A stretch of DNA of 64,000 bases from Tubiluchus corallicola (GCA_030141605.1 JAQGDQ010000022.1:1054001-1118000); one strand, 5' to 3'; positions 37,207 through 51,419 are shown, counted from the first letter of the stretch. Program-made: numbers and translations. The notes: generated by a model not told the origin, from the letters alone.

Positions 37207-40200
37207 TTAAACTGCTTCACAGATACTTGCCTCAGATGTAATCTGTATTGTTTCAAATTAATAAAGTTTAAACTAAACTGCTTCACTTGCCATGCTAATC
37301 CTTTCATTAGGGGAAGATGTCTATTTTTCATTGTTGATTTTTTTTCTTATTTTGAGACAGAATTAGCTAACGAAAATTATTATAATCGCATCCATGCTCA
37401 TTTGTACTGCAAAGAAGTGTTTTGTAAAGTTGTTCTTAAACAAACATAAAATTTGAAATTTGAATAAAAATTAACATGTTTAAAGTCACATTTTATATTA
37501 ATGTATTACATAACTAACGATAAAATAAAAGCTTTGTTATTACTTCCGTTACATTTACTGCAATTTTTGCAAAAAAACATCCACAAAAATTAAAAAATAT
37601 TTTACTCTGATAAACTAAAGCCTAGAAATTAAGTGAAAATGCTAAAAAGCATTTGAAGTGATAATTTGATGCTCCGTTTGTTTCTTTTTGAACGTGAGTT
37701 TGAATTCGATTATTATGTGAACCGGGCATGACGAAAAATGTTATAAGCTTTTGACTCACTTAAGGAAACATTCTTAAAAAAACAGAAGGGATAACGGAAT
37801 TTCAAAAAAATAAAATATTATCATCCACAAGCACAATACAGTTGTCTAGGTTTGAAGACGTAGATAAGTTTTTATTTACTTATTTTATATCTATGATGCC
37901 CATGATAATTAATTGCTTTTGAGAAAAAAGTCACTTTTAGGAATGGGGGCTGTAATTATTGTAGCAAAAACTTAACAATTCTTTATACAAAATTTACATT
38001 ACCGCATAATTAGGTTACACCATTACCCAGCTATCCTCGATAACTAACTCGCAACTATCCTCGATTCCGCTCTCACCAGAACTATTTACTGCAAGAAAGC
38101 CCTCCCACTGAGTAAGTAACTACAAGAAACCGACTGGCCAACTGTATAAAAAGTTAGAAGCCTCGTCCCTTGTACAGAGGTATTTTTCCACATTTTTACA
38201 ACTGCCTGAACTCAATAAGACTGCTCACCGCCAATTTGTTTAATTATTAGATCAACGTATCATATTAAGCTTTTACTATGTACTGATTCACATATTTTTT
38301 AGCTTATTTCTAATTTCATAGTGCACATTCATAGTGTACCGTTGACTCATTTTCTTTTTACGTTTATATCTAAATCTGAGCCATGATGATCGTGAATTGC
38401 ATCATGATATGCCCCACCGACTAGACATTGCATATGGATTGAAATTAGCCCTAGCAAATTGATGTCAATCTGTTACCGAATTTCACCAACAAAACGCGTG
38501 CTCTGACTCACAATAAGAACATGGCACTTCTCTAAATAATCTATGGAGATGTGAAACTGAGGCTGAACCACATCACAGAAATGCGTCCCTAAATATCAAC
38601 TGTGGATTTGCATCTGCAAAAAGAAACGAAAGGAAATGCATTAATAAGTAAAGGCAGCAGATGCTCTATCCAGCAAAATTTACAGCAATTCCTGTAAATC
38701 GTAACTCGTCTACTTCAACATGAACTATCTAGACTGTGCGGATACATCGTGAAATAAGTCACAAGTGAAAATACCTTATTGTATTTATTGGTTATTACTA
38801 AATAGTTACAATGCATAACTAAAACCATTGTTTACTTATAACTAAATTAACTCTTTACAAATTCAACTTTTATACCCGCGTGTGATTTACGTTGTGATTT
38901 ATCTATAACATAATAATACGAACGTCGCCATTTTTGATAATGATTTTCTTGCTTAGGCCTATATCTATATCTATATCTATATGTATCTATATTTTCGTGT
39001 TATGAGTTTTAGGCTATATCTATGGCACATTTTTTATTACGAGTTTTATGTCTATATTTATAACATAACAGTACCAACTGCTAAAGTTGTAATGCTAACT
39101 GTTTAATTTAAATTCATATACTTTTTATAAATCATGTTTTGAGTGATGTGTATCAGGCAACAACTTCACTTTTATTCCTATATACGCTCAACCTCACTCG
39201 TCGCCAATTTGTACGGTACCAATTAATCTATCTTTGACGTGTCGGAGGAGATGGCTAAACTGCTTTACTGTCATTTAATGAGTGTAATCCCACTGTGTGT
39301 GTCTGTTAGATCAAACTACGTAGCAGGTGTTTTATTATATTACCAGCTCATTTAAGATCTCAACTGAATAGACAAAAAAGTTTCTCTACCAAGACTGGAA
39401 CACACAATAGTTCTAGTTTAGCATTTCTGGAAATATATTTTGTGGTCCATCTATGCACGCTGAAATTAATAGTGGAATATACCTCATTTATTAATCATCT
39501 CATCACGAATCTGGACAAAAGAAAACATGTGGAATTTGAAATGTGGAGTTGGAAAAATCACATTTCTTTCTTCATCTTGTGCAGTAATCATACTTAGTTT
39601 CAAAAGTTGAATTAGTTGTGAATTTATTCTAACAATTAATTAACAATGTTGTGATTAAGAATACGTATAGTTAAAAAAATGAAAATTAAATTGAAAAAAT
39701 ATAAGTAAACTAAGGATCCGGTTATAAAGGAGCATATATAGATTCTTTAAGTAGAAATTTAATCAAAAATTCTCATTAAGCAAAAAGTCAAAAAAGGTGT
39801 TTTGAAAACCTTATAACTCAAACTCAAGTTTTGTAGCTCATTTTCGGTGTAATCCAAGACTTTCTCTTTTTATTGTGCAAGGTCTAAGACACTAGCTTCT
39901 AAGCAACAATGTTCGCTAGAAGCCTGTTGCAGATAAGATTAGCTCAGACATCAGACAGACCGAGAACTGTTCAATAAAAAGTCCGCCTAGCGGCAAAATA
40001 GTTAACGAGTTCCAATTACCAACTGGTTACGGAAACTTCTTGCCACTAACGAAATGTAATCTGTTTCGCCACTCTCTAGAAATTTGTCATCAGTTGGAGA
40101 AAAAATAATGATGATAGGCACAAAAATAGTGAAAACTATTTAGGTCAAATACGGGCAACTTTACAGTCAAATAATACTTTCCTTGCTAATTCATTCTAAG

Positions 40201-41059
40201 CAAGCAAATACTTTAATTCTTACATGATTAATTTGTAAATTATAGAAATTATAAACGGCAAACATGCAAACAAATTTATTTCGGATATATAAACCACAAA
40301 CAATCATAGCCAATCTTTCTAGATTCGAGACTACTCCCGGAGTTGACTTGAGAACGTTGCAATTCCGACGCTTTATTTTGCAACAAACTAATGTCCAGTC
40401 ATTAGCAGTTAAACGGCTGTGGTTCAAATCATGGATACCAGTGGCTCATATTTTTTTCTCTTTTCGTTCCTAATTCACAGTTGCCGCGCTTATAATTAAC
40501 AGGTAAACTTTAATGCGTTCTTTTTGAACTACTATTGCTTTTACGTACTATTTTTGTTAGCCAATGGTTTAATTAAGTAAATTATAATACATGGGTGATG
40601 TGTAAGCAAATTCCTGGCAGCTCTGTCAACGAATTATTTACATAAATCTTAAATTTCTGTGTAAATTGAACCACTCGTGTCGTTCTTGTGAATTATCAAC
40701 ACGTTTCCTATTGTTCCCTTAACAAGAAAGAAAAACTTAGGCAAACGGAAATAACGCTCCAGTCTAAATCTCATATCATTTGCAAAACTGCGTTATTTAA
40801 AGTGACAACACTGTCTGTTTGCGCATTGAGATGAGCCGAACTACTTAATTAAATTATGCGCTGTTTGCATCCCTGCCTCTCTTATGAGCTGTGACATACA
40901 TTCATGCAAGGGCAGCTGGCCGTGTTTACACCAGGCTTTTTATTTATACACGTAAAAAGCATTTTTCAGCCTCTAATAATATTTATATAGATGGATGTTT
41001 GCTGTTACAGTTAGTGCGGTTATCCCAAATGTGTACAAAAATTACCTATTACTGAAGAT

Positions 41060-41298
41060 GTTCTTGGTGCTGTTGCAGCTACTACTGCTGCTACTGTTAC
41101 TGGTGCTACTACTGCTTCTGCAACTGCTGATAATGGTGGTGAAGGTTGTAGCGGACTGGTAATGCTGTCATCGCCGCATTTTTTGCAGATATGGGGTTTT
41201 ATTTGTTGCCAGCGTCGATTCTCCTGCTGCTACTGCTGCTGCTACTGCTGCTCCTACTGCTGCTGCGATGATGATGATGATGATGATGATGCTGCTGC

Positions 41299-41332
<34 letters not shown>

Positions 41333-41440
41333 AATGATGATGACGATGGTGAAGATGACGATCGATGATAATACGTCTGCAGTTGATGGTGGTGATGTTA
41401 GTGGTGGTAGTTATCGTGCTATTGTTGTTGGCTGCTGCTG
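41060..41440. repeat. (CTG/CTA)n and (GAT)n microsatellites in the NHLH intron
   Basis: Directly visible. Confidence 0.92.
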
Positions 41441-41561
41441 CTTAACGACAAATATGACTGAGTAATATAAAATATAAATATAAGTTTTCCACGAATTCAC
41501 ATGATTCTTTGTATTGGTTATCGTTGTAAATTATGTCATTTGGGTTACATTTTTATTACAG

Positions 41562-41917
41562 GTACGCGGCAATTGAATATCACAACAGAAGAAGCTCATT
41601 CGGCTTTATTCACCAACTCCTCCGTCCACTGTTCTGACTTTTCCAACGACAGCGAGTGTACGGAGAATCATGACGACAGAAGATCACTGGCGCAGCTTAG
41701 CAGAGAAGAGAGGAGACGAAGAAGAAGAGCCACACAAAAATATAGAACAGCTCATGCCACCAGAGAGCGCATTCGTGTGGAAGCATTCAACATGGCGTTC
41801 TCTGAACTAAGAAAATTATTGCCCACCTTACCGCCAGATAAGAAATTATCTAAAATTGAGATCCTTCGACTAGCAATCTGTTACATTTCTTATTTAAACC
41901 ATGTTCTAGATGTATAA
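41562..41917 (+). CDS. NHLH: bHLH transcription factor, NSCL/HEN/NHLH family (HLH4C orthologue-like), terminal coding exon
   Basis: [73 protein letters not shown] is nearly the NHLH1/2 bHLH sequence. Acceptor tttttattacAG at 41561. Confidence 0.97.
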
Positions 41918-43403
41918 CTCTTACCAGTTACTAGTTTCTAAAGATCGTCTTTTTCTATGCTTTTATTTAAACTACTTTGCTGTTACTTTCAAGCTTGAAA
42001 CAAATGCTTTATCTATATCATTAACCCAGCACTATGTTTATTATTTAAAGTAAAGTAATCCTTGTTTATAAATATTTATTCCCTTCTGAAAGTTCCAGTT
42101 TCAATGCAATATACATTCCATTTTGCCTATAAAATATTATTTTTACTATATTTTTAATATGAAATTGTGTTATAGAGTTATAGTCACGGTTCTTTTAAAT
42201 GACCTCTGACAAAGAAACAAGCAAACAAACAAAGAAGTAAGCAGGCGATTCATGCTGGCAGTTATGATTATGTATCGTGTGTAGGCTCAAATTACATAAG
42301 ATATTGTGTTATAAATTTCAAAGATATATTAAAATGCCTCTCTTTATGTGATACCTACATTATATTTCATTATATTTTATAAAATACTCAAGTCATTTAT
42401 GTATTATTATTATTAATCATTTTAGACATATGTTAACTTATGTAATGTGTTACCAATTTGCTGCTACTTATAAATTGGTCACCCCTCCAAATCTTCACCC
42501 ACTCACCCCAACCTTTTACATAAAGATAAGGCTGTGAATAATAAATACATCATTTAAAAAACTTTGCTGTAAGCATTTCAAGTTTTGCACTGCTACGACA
42601 GTATCCAGGCAATTAATTAGAATTAAGTTAACAATCTTAACATCAGTTAAGGTTCCGTATTTTATAAAACATTTTATAACTAAACTTTCATTGCATAAAC
42701 TGCTGTTTGGTCATTGCAGTACCTCAGCTTCGGGTAAAATACCTCTCGCGTGCTAAACTAACTCAAGGTAAACTACGATATATTGTGTTTGAAAACAAAG
42801 ATGTGCAATAATATACTCTGTGAGACTATTTGCATTATTGTTTCACGTGTTATCATATGCTGATTCAGCAGCAATGTATAATTACTATTCCACAGATTGG
42901 CATCAGCAATGATGATAGCGTTGCGCACCACTAATTAGGTTCTTATATCGTCTCGTCAGTGGCTAATTAAAGATTCTCTGATGACAGATATGTGTCATAG
43001 ATAAGCAAACAGATTCACAGGACAAAGTATGTGTATCATAAAACATGCATCTGGCTTTTAAATGCTTGCATTTGCATGCTTGGCTTCTGAATCAAGCTTA
43101 ACATATATAAAGTCATGATGTAGTATTTCACCAAAAAATTTGATCTCTTCATTCTGAACTAATTTTCTGCAACATTCACTGATGTAGTGATGATATAAGT
43201 TCGAAAATGTAGTCGCAACTTCGCTCAGCCTGCTTCCAGTGAGTGAAGAAACCGCTAATAATTAAACGAAATGATTTAAATGGAATCGGGCCGAGTGATT
43301 TTGTATACGCCCTCAAACAGAAGAATCGGTACCAGTTCACAAGCAATACGAAGTTACCAGATCGGAGTTAAAGCGGATTTGACTGGGTCTTTGTGAATAG
43401 GTA

Positions 43404-43633
43404 CCGGGAGGCGTAGCCCTGGTAGCCTGCTTGCTGCCCACCTGGAAGGCCGTGGGTTCAACTCTCGACCGAGTCATACCAAATACTTGAAAAATGGTGC
43501 CCCTGGTTCTTCGACCAAGCACACGGGTTTATCAAAATAACATGCGGATAATAATAATCGGGGCCACCTTGGAAATAAATACTGAGTTACTTGGACTACG
43601 TCCTAAACGAAATTATTATTGTTGTTGTTGTTG

Positions 43634-43723
<90 letters not shown>

Positions 43724-43741
43724 TTATTATTATTATTATTA
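43404..43741 (+). mobile_element. tRNA-derived SINE with a (TTA)n tail
   Basis: A-box-like GGCGTAGCCCTGG, B box GGTTCAACTC (43455), core GAGTCATACCAAATACTTGAAAAATGGT resembling the Meta/MESC-type domain, and a (TTG)(TTA)n tail at 43612-43741. Confidence 0.8.
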
Positions 43742-45039
43742 CATTTCTCATTCCCAATGAACAATCGCGCATAATTGTACATATGTAGACCCATGAGTTT
43801 CACCTTGAATTTCGGAGAATTGTTTAAAAGTGGACTGATGATTTGAGTATGATTTGATTTTGATGTGTACTTTCACTTAATCTGTAACTTGAGGATGCGA
43901 AGAAATGTAACGATTTAAGTGAAATAAGGGCTACGTGATTACATTTGTACGCGTAGAAACCCATCGACATCTAAGAGGTGATAAGAGTTAATGAGAAATT
44001 GAGCAGATTTGACTCATGCAAATGTTTGTCCTTTCCGCGGCTGCTATTCTTGCCATTTTAATTTAATTTTGGCATTAAATGCTTAATTATTTGGGATGAA
44101 ATGTAAATCATTGAGTGCTTGAGTAATTTAGCCCTAGACTTATACAATATCCTTATTCCAAGCAAAATAGTGAAACAATTTTAACGCAAAAACGCTTCTG
44201 CGTACAAGTCACAAAATATACAAAACTATATGTAGATCTATAAATGACTATAATGTATATTTATATGGCTTATAGTAATCATCATCAAGCTAAGCCTTTT
44301 TGCTAATAATTATTATACTCGAGTTATCAGCTGACAAATTATACACGTATTTAATTAAATGCAAAACTATAATCCCTCACGACTTCATGAACAACAATCG
44401 TTCAAATTCATCTAACATTGCGTGACAATAATTAACAGGTAATTACACGCTACCATACCTGCCTTACGAGCACAGCAATCTTCGTCAATGGAACCCGCTT
44501 ATTATTGACTTCTGTGTGCGCGCATTGTTCTTACCTGTGTCTGGGTGTGCACCTCAAGCTGGGCCAGGATGCCGAATTGAACATTAATCCAATCTGGACT
44601 GCAGATGGTCAGATGGTAAGTTTTGTGAAAAGCTGACAGAAGAAAAGGCTGGCTTTGTGATGAAATTATCTCAATATAATTTGACTGAACGGTACGGATA
44701 AACAGTGTTTGCTAACAAAGCGTGCAGCTGCATGTCAAACTTGAAACAATAAAATACTTTTACTTTTGATTTGCAACTTATAAGGATAGAACCGTAATCA
44801 AATATACCTCACTATACGTGTTTAATAAAATCAAAATAAAAACTGATTCAGTTCATTAAACAAGCATTAGAAACGAAAATTGTTATTTATTAAGCCCGAA
44901 GCGAAAACAATAAACAAGATTTTTGCAAAATAACTATTCGTCAAAAATTCAAGAACAACAAAAATCCACTTTTTCTTTACGATAATATTAATATTTAAAT
45001 TCGGCTTTTAGATAAACAATTATAAGCTCAGAGAGCTCT

Positions 45040-45190
45040 TGACTGACTACTCCGTTTTTACCCTAAACACCACGTGCCCGGCAGAACAATAACATGTACC
45101 ATTTTGAAAGTCTTTAGTATGGACACGGCCGCTCTACCGAACTCACGACGTCCGAAACAGAACGCGAACACGTTACCACTAAACCGTACC
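45040..45190 (-). mobile_element. Second, related tRNA-derived SINE copy
   Basis: Minus strand: CGGTTTAGTGGTAA...GAGTTCG...CATACTAAAGACTTTCAAAATGGTAC, sharing the core with the 43404 copy. Confidence 0.7.
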
Positions 45191-46423
45191 GTCTGCTATT
45201 ATAGAAATTGACAATGTTTATCTGTGTATGGTGTAACGAAGGTGGATATATTTAGCGCTGTACTCCATCAAGCGTAATCAAAAACTCCAAAATACCAGCT
45301 TTTTGAGCATTTCAAATCAAACCAGATTCACAAAGTCTTGTAAAAAAAATTTAAAATGTAAAATAAAAAACAAAATATGCAGGTCCACATCATATGGCAC
45401 AGAAAAAATGCTTTAGATAACAAAAAACAAGTATAAATCTATACATTTTTAAGCCATTAAATTTTATGAGTGGCGGTACACATTTTGAAGTGCCGGTTTT
45501 TAAATGAAAACGTTTTCAATAGGGCCTTTTCGTTAACTTTTCTGCTGTGTAGTCAGCAACACTGTAAATATGGTTCAGTCGGCAACTCCAGTTGAACAAA
45601 TTTTATCTCGATTTTGACTTTATACAAGCCACAATGAGCAAAGAAAACAAACCACAGAAATTACGGGTATCTCCAGGCAGTTTGGGATTAAGAGGCAAAT
45701 TTAATACATCGGCGTAATTTATCAAAATGCTCGTTTCGTTTTACTTTTGATTAGTCGGCGACGTAACTATGATTACGACCGCCAGGGGCGCTAGTCACGT
45801 GACCTTGCAAATGGCAGAAAAACCTGCATGTATAAGAAAAACTGATTACGTTGTAGATGGGTTAATAATAATGGTTAATAAAACTGTTATGTAAACAAAG
45901 AAGCCAGGAAGAATTGTATCTAGAGATGTACTTTGAAAGATTTGATTTACTTTGAATTAGAAAAATTTTGCTAGATGTGTTTATTTCATTTAAATTAATA
46001 CAATTCATTTAATTTAATAGGTTTATTTTGCATTATTTTATTTGTGCTATTGCATTTAATTTACCTTAGTTTGCTTTATCTTAATTTTACTAATTTTAAT
46101 TTAATTTACTATATTTTATTTTATTTTATTTTACTCTGTCTCATGTTTTTATTCAAAACAAGTATTTAGTGCAACTAATGACATTTTTTATTTCACTAAA
46201 ATCCTGCAAGTATATTGTTGATCTATAATCCCAAATCAAATTTATACTATTATTTTTTATGAAACACAACTGTAATATTAAACATAACAGAAAGGATTAT
46301 AGATTTTTTATGAGTACAAATTATTTTTTCGAATTGTATATATGATACACATATACGTCTGGCTTACGAAAATGTACTGCACTATATTACAAACAGTATT
46401 GGGGCGAGGGAAATATTTGAACA

Positions 46424-46486
46424 AAAACAACCGGGACCATGATGTAATTGGATAGGTGACCACTGGGAAACGCTTCTGGGCATTTT
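46424..46486 (+). mobile_element. Fragment of the 5S-derived SINE family
   Basis: GGATAGGTGACCACTGGGAAACGCTTCTGGGCATT matches the minus-strand copy near 56150-56190. Confidence 0.6.
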
Positions 46487-47164
46487 TATGTTTCGTAGTG
46501 CTTTGGCTTTTTTTATAAGGTTCCGTGGCTCATCCAGAAAAAATGTTCTTGCCAATTATCTAGATTCTAGCTCTCACACAACTATCAGTATTAAATAGGA
46601 TCAGTCATTGAGTGCTTGACTCGAGGTTGCAAAAGAGTAATAAAATGGTTGTACAAATAGTAATTGTAAATTGTTACAAATAAGTTAGTTTTCATTGACT
46701 TTTACATGTAATTTCGTTGCTATAAATTCAAACAACTAAACAGACCGAACAACATGAAATTCTTCGTTGATATGATTCTTGTTTACCCCTGAGAATGATA
46801 AAACTCCTGTCACACGCCATACGCAATGAAGTCTTTTGTCTAAATCTATTAACACTTTCATTTATTCGTGGCTTCCAGAGAGGCCAAAATAGCACCCCCG
46901 AGAACCGGAAAGAGACGAGTGGCAAACAAACTGTCTCTTCTAACAAGATTTACTATGGCTTCGTTTTCGCGTGAAACGTCGTTACACGGGTGCTGGCTTC
47001 CAAGGATTTAGGAAAATCATAAAACGTATAATACATCCGAAGAATAAAGGTCTCCTGGATTAGTTCCCTTCCGCCTAGAAGTTGCGCATTATTTTAACAA
47101 TCTTTTTAATTACGGTTCAACAACAACCTTTGTTTTACCTGGTACATTGACTAAACTCGGTCTA

Positions 47165-47585
47165 GCCATTTCGCCAGCGGTACAGTCGCCAGTAGTATAC
47201 TTCGATGTGGTGCAGTTTACCTGTTCCAGTTGTACATTTCGTCATTGGTGCTGTTCGACAGTGGTACAGTTCGTCAAGGGTACAGTTTTCCAGTACTCAC
47301 TTCACCAGTGGTACATTTTGCCGGTAAAAATACTCTCATGTACGTTATTGCCTTATTCTTTTAATAAAATGTTTCAGTTAGCCAGGGGTACAACTCACCA
47401 GGCCAGTACACACTTCTTCAGTGGTATATTTTGACAGTAAAATTTCTCTGCTGTATGTTATATTGCCTTATTCCTTTAGCAAAATGTTTCAGTTAGCCAG
47501 TGATACAGTTCGTCAATGAAAATTCCCTGTTGTGTTCGACGTCAGTTACCTTTCTGTTCAACAAATGTTTCAGTTCGCCACTAAG
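47165..47585. repeat. Degenerate minisatellite, unit about 16 bp (CAGTTCGCCAGTGGTA), with longer duplicated blocks
   Basis: Repeated CAGTT(C/A)GCCAG/GGTACA. The block TTATTGCCTTATTC…AAAATGTTTCAGTTAGCCAG recurs at about 47345 and 47460. Confidence 0.7.
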
Positions 47586-50500
47586 ATTTCTCTGTTATAT
47601 TCCATATCCTTTACCTTTCTAAAAAACATTTGACAAAACCTCTGATTTTTTTAGCCTAACGTTATTGTTCGCTATAACAGGTATCAGCTAACATCACCAG
47701 TTATTTGTTTTAAAAACTGTGACCTAGTTGCAATTTGTAAAAGGTCACCCAAGTACATTCTGTGTAGTTTTCATTTAACGCCACTAGATTTTTATCTTCT
47801 GTGAAGTTTCAAGCGCTTGCTTGCTTCTTCGACTGCATATTAAAAGGAAAACTGACTTTTGACTTTGAACACCAAAGGTCACCCCGAGCCCTTCAGTACA
47901 CTCTGCCCATCCTTGGATGTTGCAAGCCGAGAAAGCTTATTTGCGGTAGTACTTTGGAATTTTGCACAATAGTCTGTTTTTCTGTCTCTCTTCCTTCCCC
48001 TTTTCAACCATTAAGTGGCTTTGTGCCACTTGTTCGATCTAAAATGAACTGTCTCTAGTATTTGAATCACACTTCTTTGTTAAGTATGTTTTGCTAGTTA
48101 AATAAAAATCACGATGTCACGGTTATTGTTGCTTTAGAAACTAACTAATTTCTGATTTCTCTAGCCACATACTGCCTAGGGAGTGCCTAACCACTGGTGA
48201 CTAATTATTTTCCATACATGTGTAGTTTTAGCAATAGCGACTTTGCGTAATCCCAAATTAAGCATACTCCTTTAGGTTTTTTCTAACATACCACACCGGT
48301 ATCAAAAGGTCAGATGGCAATTAAAGGACCACAAACAAACAACATGTTGTACGCTGTGGTTCCAAAAGTTTCTTCCTCAGCGCAGACTAGTTTGGGATCA
48401 GGTGTTGAGAGAAACGAATCTAAATTAACTGCTCATTTGCTTCGTTTCTACAGCGGTTGTCTCATTCGCTGTGATCAATGTAATGGTCTCAGCTGGCAAG
48501 TTTTTGAACTTGTTGAATATTTCCTAAAGTTGCTTAGCATCTATGATTGGCGGCGCTTGACTAGCCGATTCTCGTCGTTCAACTGTCTTCGTAACGGTAC
48601 GAAAATGGCAATTATAATTGGATTATGATAGTAGGAAGTTAATATCATTGGATTACTGTCTTTATTTAAAAATAATAGCCTAAATAGTCCCAATTTATTT
48701 TTGCTAGCTCGTCGTTTCTGCTTTCCTTGCTTTTAGTGTTATCGTGTAATTGTGAACACGGTTTGTGATTATCTGAGAAAAAATTTGAACTGTTTAAAAC
48801 CGCTTTTATTGTTTACTGCCCAACTGATTGTAATAAATTTACTGTATATATTTTTATATAGTTCAGGCTTGCCTAATGTAAATAGTTGTGGCTGGACCGC
48901 AATCTGGGCAAATATTAAAAAACTTAGGAAGAGCCGCTAAACAAGCAACCGCGTTCAGATGAATTTGCCTCAAGATAGTACTAAGAAGCAGTTTTCGTCA
49001 ACGGTCACCCATTTACTGATTGCTAAACATGAAGGCAAATTTGTTACAACTACAGGGAAACAGTCTATAGATAAACATAAATAGTTGAAATTGATTAATG
49101 TTAGCAAAAATTTTGGTGTTATATCGCAGCCTATAGTGTCAGTAAGAACTCCGAAGATTTCACATCAGAACCTGAATCGCTCTAAGCAGGTGAAAAAACA
49201 TGAAACAATAACGAAGTTTATTAAAATAGACTGTATATTAAATCAACCGGCTATACTAACAATACGTCCTTGGATCATTTTGCGAGCAACAATTATAGCT
49301 AGTACACAAATCTCCCAATCAGGCGTGTGACTCGACATTAACCTAATGAATTACCACAATCGGATTTTCAGGTCGATTAATCTGGCACACGTGCAGACAC
49401 TCGGAGAGGTACGTGTCGTGACGTCACAATCATCCTGCAGGTAATTTACGAGCACATAATCTTCATAAATTTAAGAAGCTATCGAATTACACCTGAAAAT
49501 CAGCTGCTAATGCGGCGCCTCACGAGGTAACCCCTTCACCAGTACCCTCTCACCTGCCCAAACCATTGTGCGGTAATTCGGATTGACGGAAGGAGATTAG
49601 TAATTGGGTAATGAGCGATAATATTTTCACAAAAGGCGGTCGACGTCCACGTGCCAGTTGATATGGCAATTAGTGAACGCCTATAAAGTGTCTAAATGGA
49701 CCAAATAATCAAGCTTTTTAAACGGGAAACAAATAGTTTCGTTGCAAAAAAATTTTTAAATTCTTTTGTGCCGATTCTTTTATATTGCAACTGCTTTGTG
49801 TTGTTTAGCAGCTTATGTTAGCAGATTCTCGCTGCACAAAGTTTTATACGAATGAAAGGTTAATATTATAACTGTGTTCGTGTGATGTGTGCAAACGGTG
49901 CTGCACACCATGCAGTCGTCATGGTGTTTCATTTTTCGCGGTCAGTCTGATTTAATTCAGTACATTAAACTGCAAAATTAAGAACACATTATTTGAATAT
50001 TCAATCTTATATTGTAGTATCAAAAAATCATCCTCGTTAACTGGCTAGCTAGCTTCTGGTTCCGCCAAACTGTACAATACTAGCTAGAATAATAATAGTA
50101 AGTGTATAAAGATTTGTGAAAATGGTTTTAAACTTTTAATTAATATTGACCGAAAAACTATTTTTTGCATTTCATGTAGATAATGACGTTCAACTGCGAA
50201 AGAGTAAAGGTGGAAAGTTGCAAAACAGTATTCTCATCTTTCTCACCATCCTCCTGGTATCATCTGTCAGCCGGCGAACACTTGATATAGTTGTGTTCGC
50301 CATGAGTTACTTGAGCAAAACGTACTTCAGTGACTTGCTAGGTCTTTCCTGAAGGATTTGGTCCACAGCTCCTTATTTGAATATTCGGAGCACCCTGGCT
50401 CGTGAGCCAGGGGTCCCCCATCCGCCACCCGGGGGATGCGCCCGGTAGGGGTTTACTCCCGCCCCCTCCCCGAGAAAACAGTATTAAATAGCTAATTTCA

Positions 50501-51419
50501 TTTTAGGTTTGTTTTCGTAGTGACTGGTTTCTCGACAGTAACAACGATATTTCGACTTTCAACTTTCAGAAGTAGTTTTGAGTGAAAATGAACATTAGGG
50601 GTGAACAAACACTATAAAATTCGAATCAAGTGGAATTCTTGACTTTTGTATTCGAATGGTGTCGAATTTCAAGTTTTGAAAGAATTTTAAGTATTAAAGA
50701 TTTAAATTGCAAACAAGTAATTAAAAACAGTAATATGCTTGGAATTCAATTTACATCTGAGATGGCAAAGACTGTGCCTGCAGATACGTGGTGCCACTGA
50801 TTTACCACTAAGACTATAATGACTGATTTGTATTGCTGAAATTAACTATCGCACTGGAAATAGCTTGGCGCCCTTGTAATCTCATTATCTACTTATCGTT
50901 TTAAGTGATATCTTTGAAATTAATTGTTTTGTACGTCTTAGTTGCTTCTGATTACTCATTAAATTTAAAGGATATCAAAATGAATTTCCTTTTGCAAGGC
51001 ACGCTTTCGATACAATATTTTCTAATCTACTATAATATGACGCGCAATGCAGCTTGCATTGCAAACGCAAACTCTCCACCAAATTGCCACTCTCGCTACT
51101 TTTACAGCAGCTGGCTCACATTGCTTTCATTCTACCATAAAAACTATTAAAAAATTCCGAACGGAAGTGGTGATGACAGGCCACTGTGACATAGCAGTGC
51201 CTAGTTTTTTGCTGGATTATTGCTATGTTTACCTGCCTTGAGGGCAAAGTTTTTTTTTTATTTTTGAATTCTGCCTGTCCAATGTCTACAATAGACGAAA
51301 CAGGTATAATAATTATGATGATGATGGTAACAATTTGTTAAAAAACTGTGTGCTAAATTTTTCTGAATGCATGATATATGAAATGTTTACTGACAAAGAA
51401 ACAAAAGGAATTGGGGCAT

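Noticed and set aside
40030-40100. Hammerhead-ribozyme-like core on the minus strand (CTGATGA…CGAAAC); a similar CTGATGAG-hairpin at 53360
   Set aside because: Stems I-III do not pair convincingly at 40030-40100, and the 53360 site lacks the GAAA core.
41501-41561. ORF-track start [20 protein letters not shown] for NHLH
   Set aside because: It reads through a T-rich acceptor tract, and a phase-compatible upstream exon exists. Not fully excluded.
47165-47585. Short repeats resembling a CRISPR array
   Set aside because: Degenerate tandem units without unique spacers, no cas genes and a eukaryotic context.
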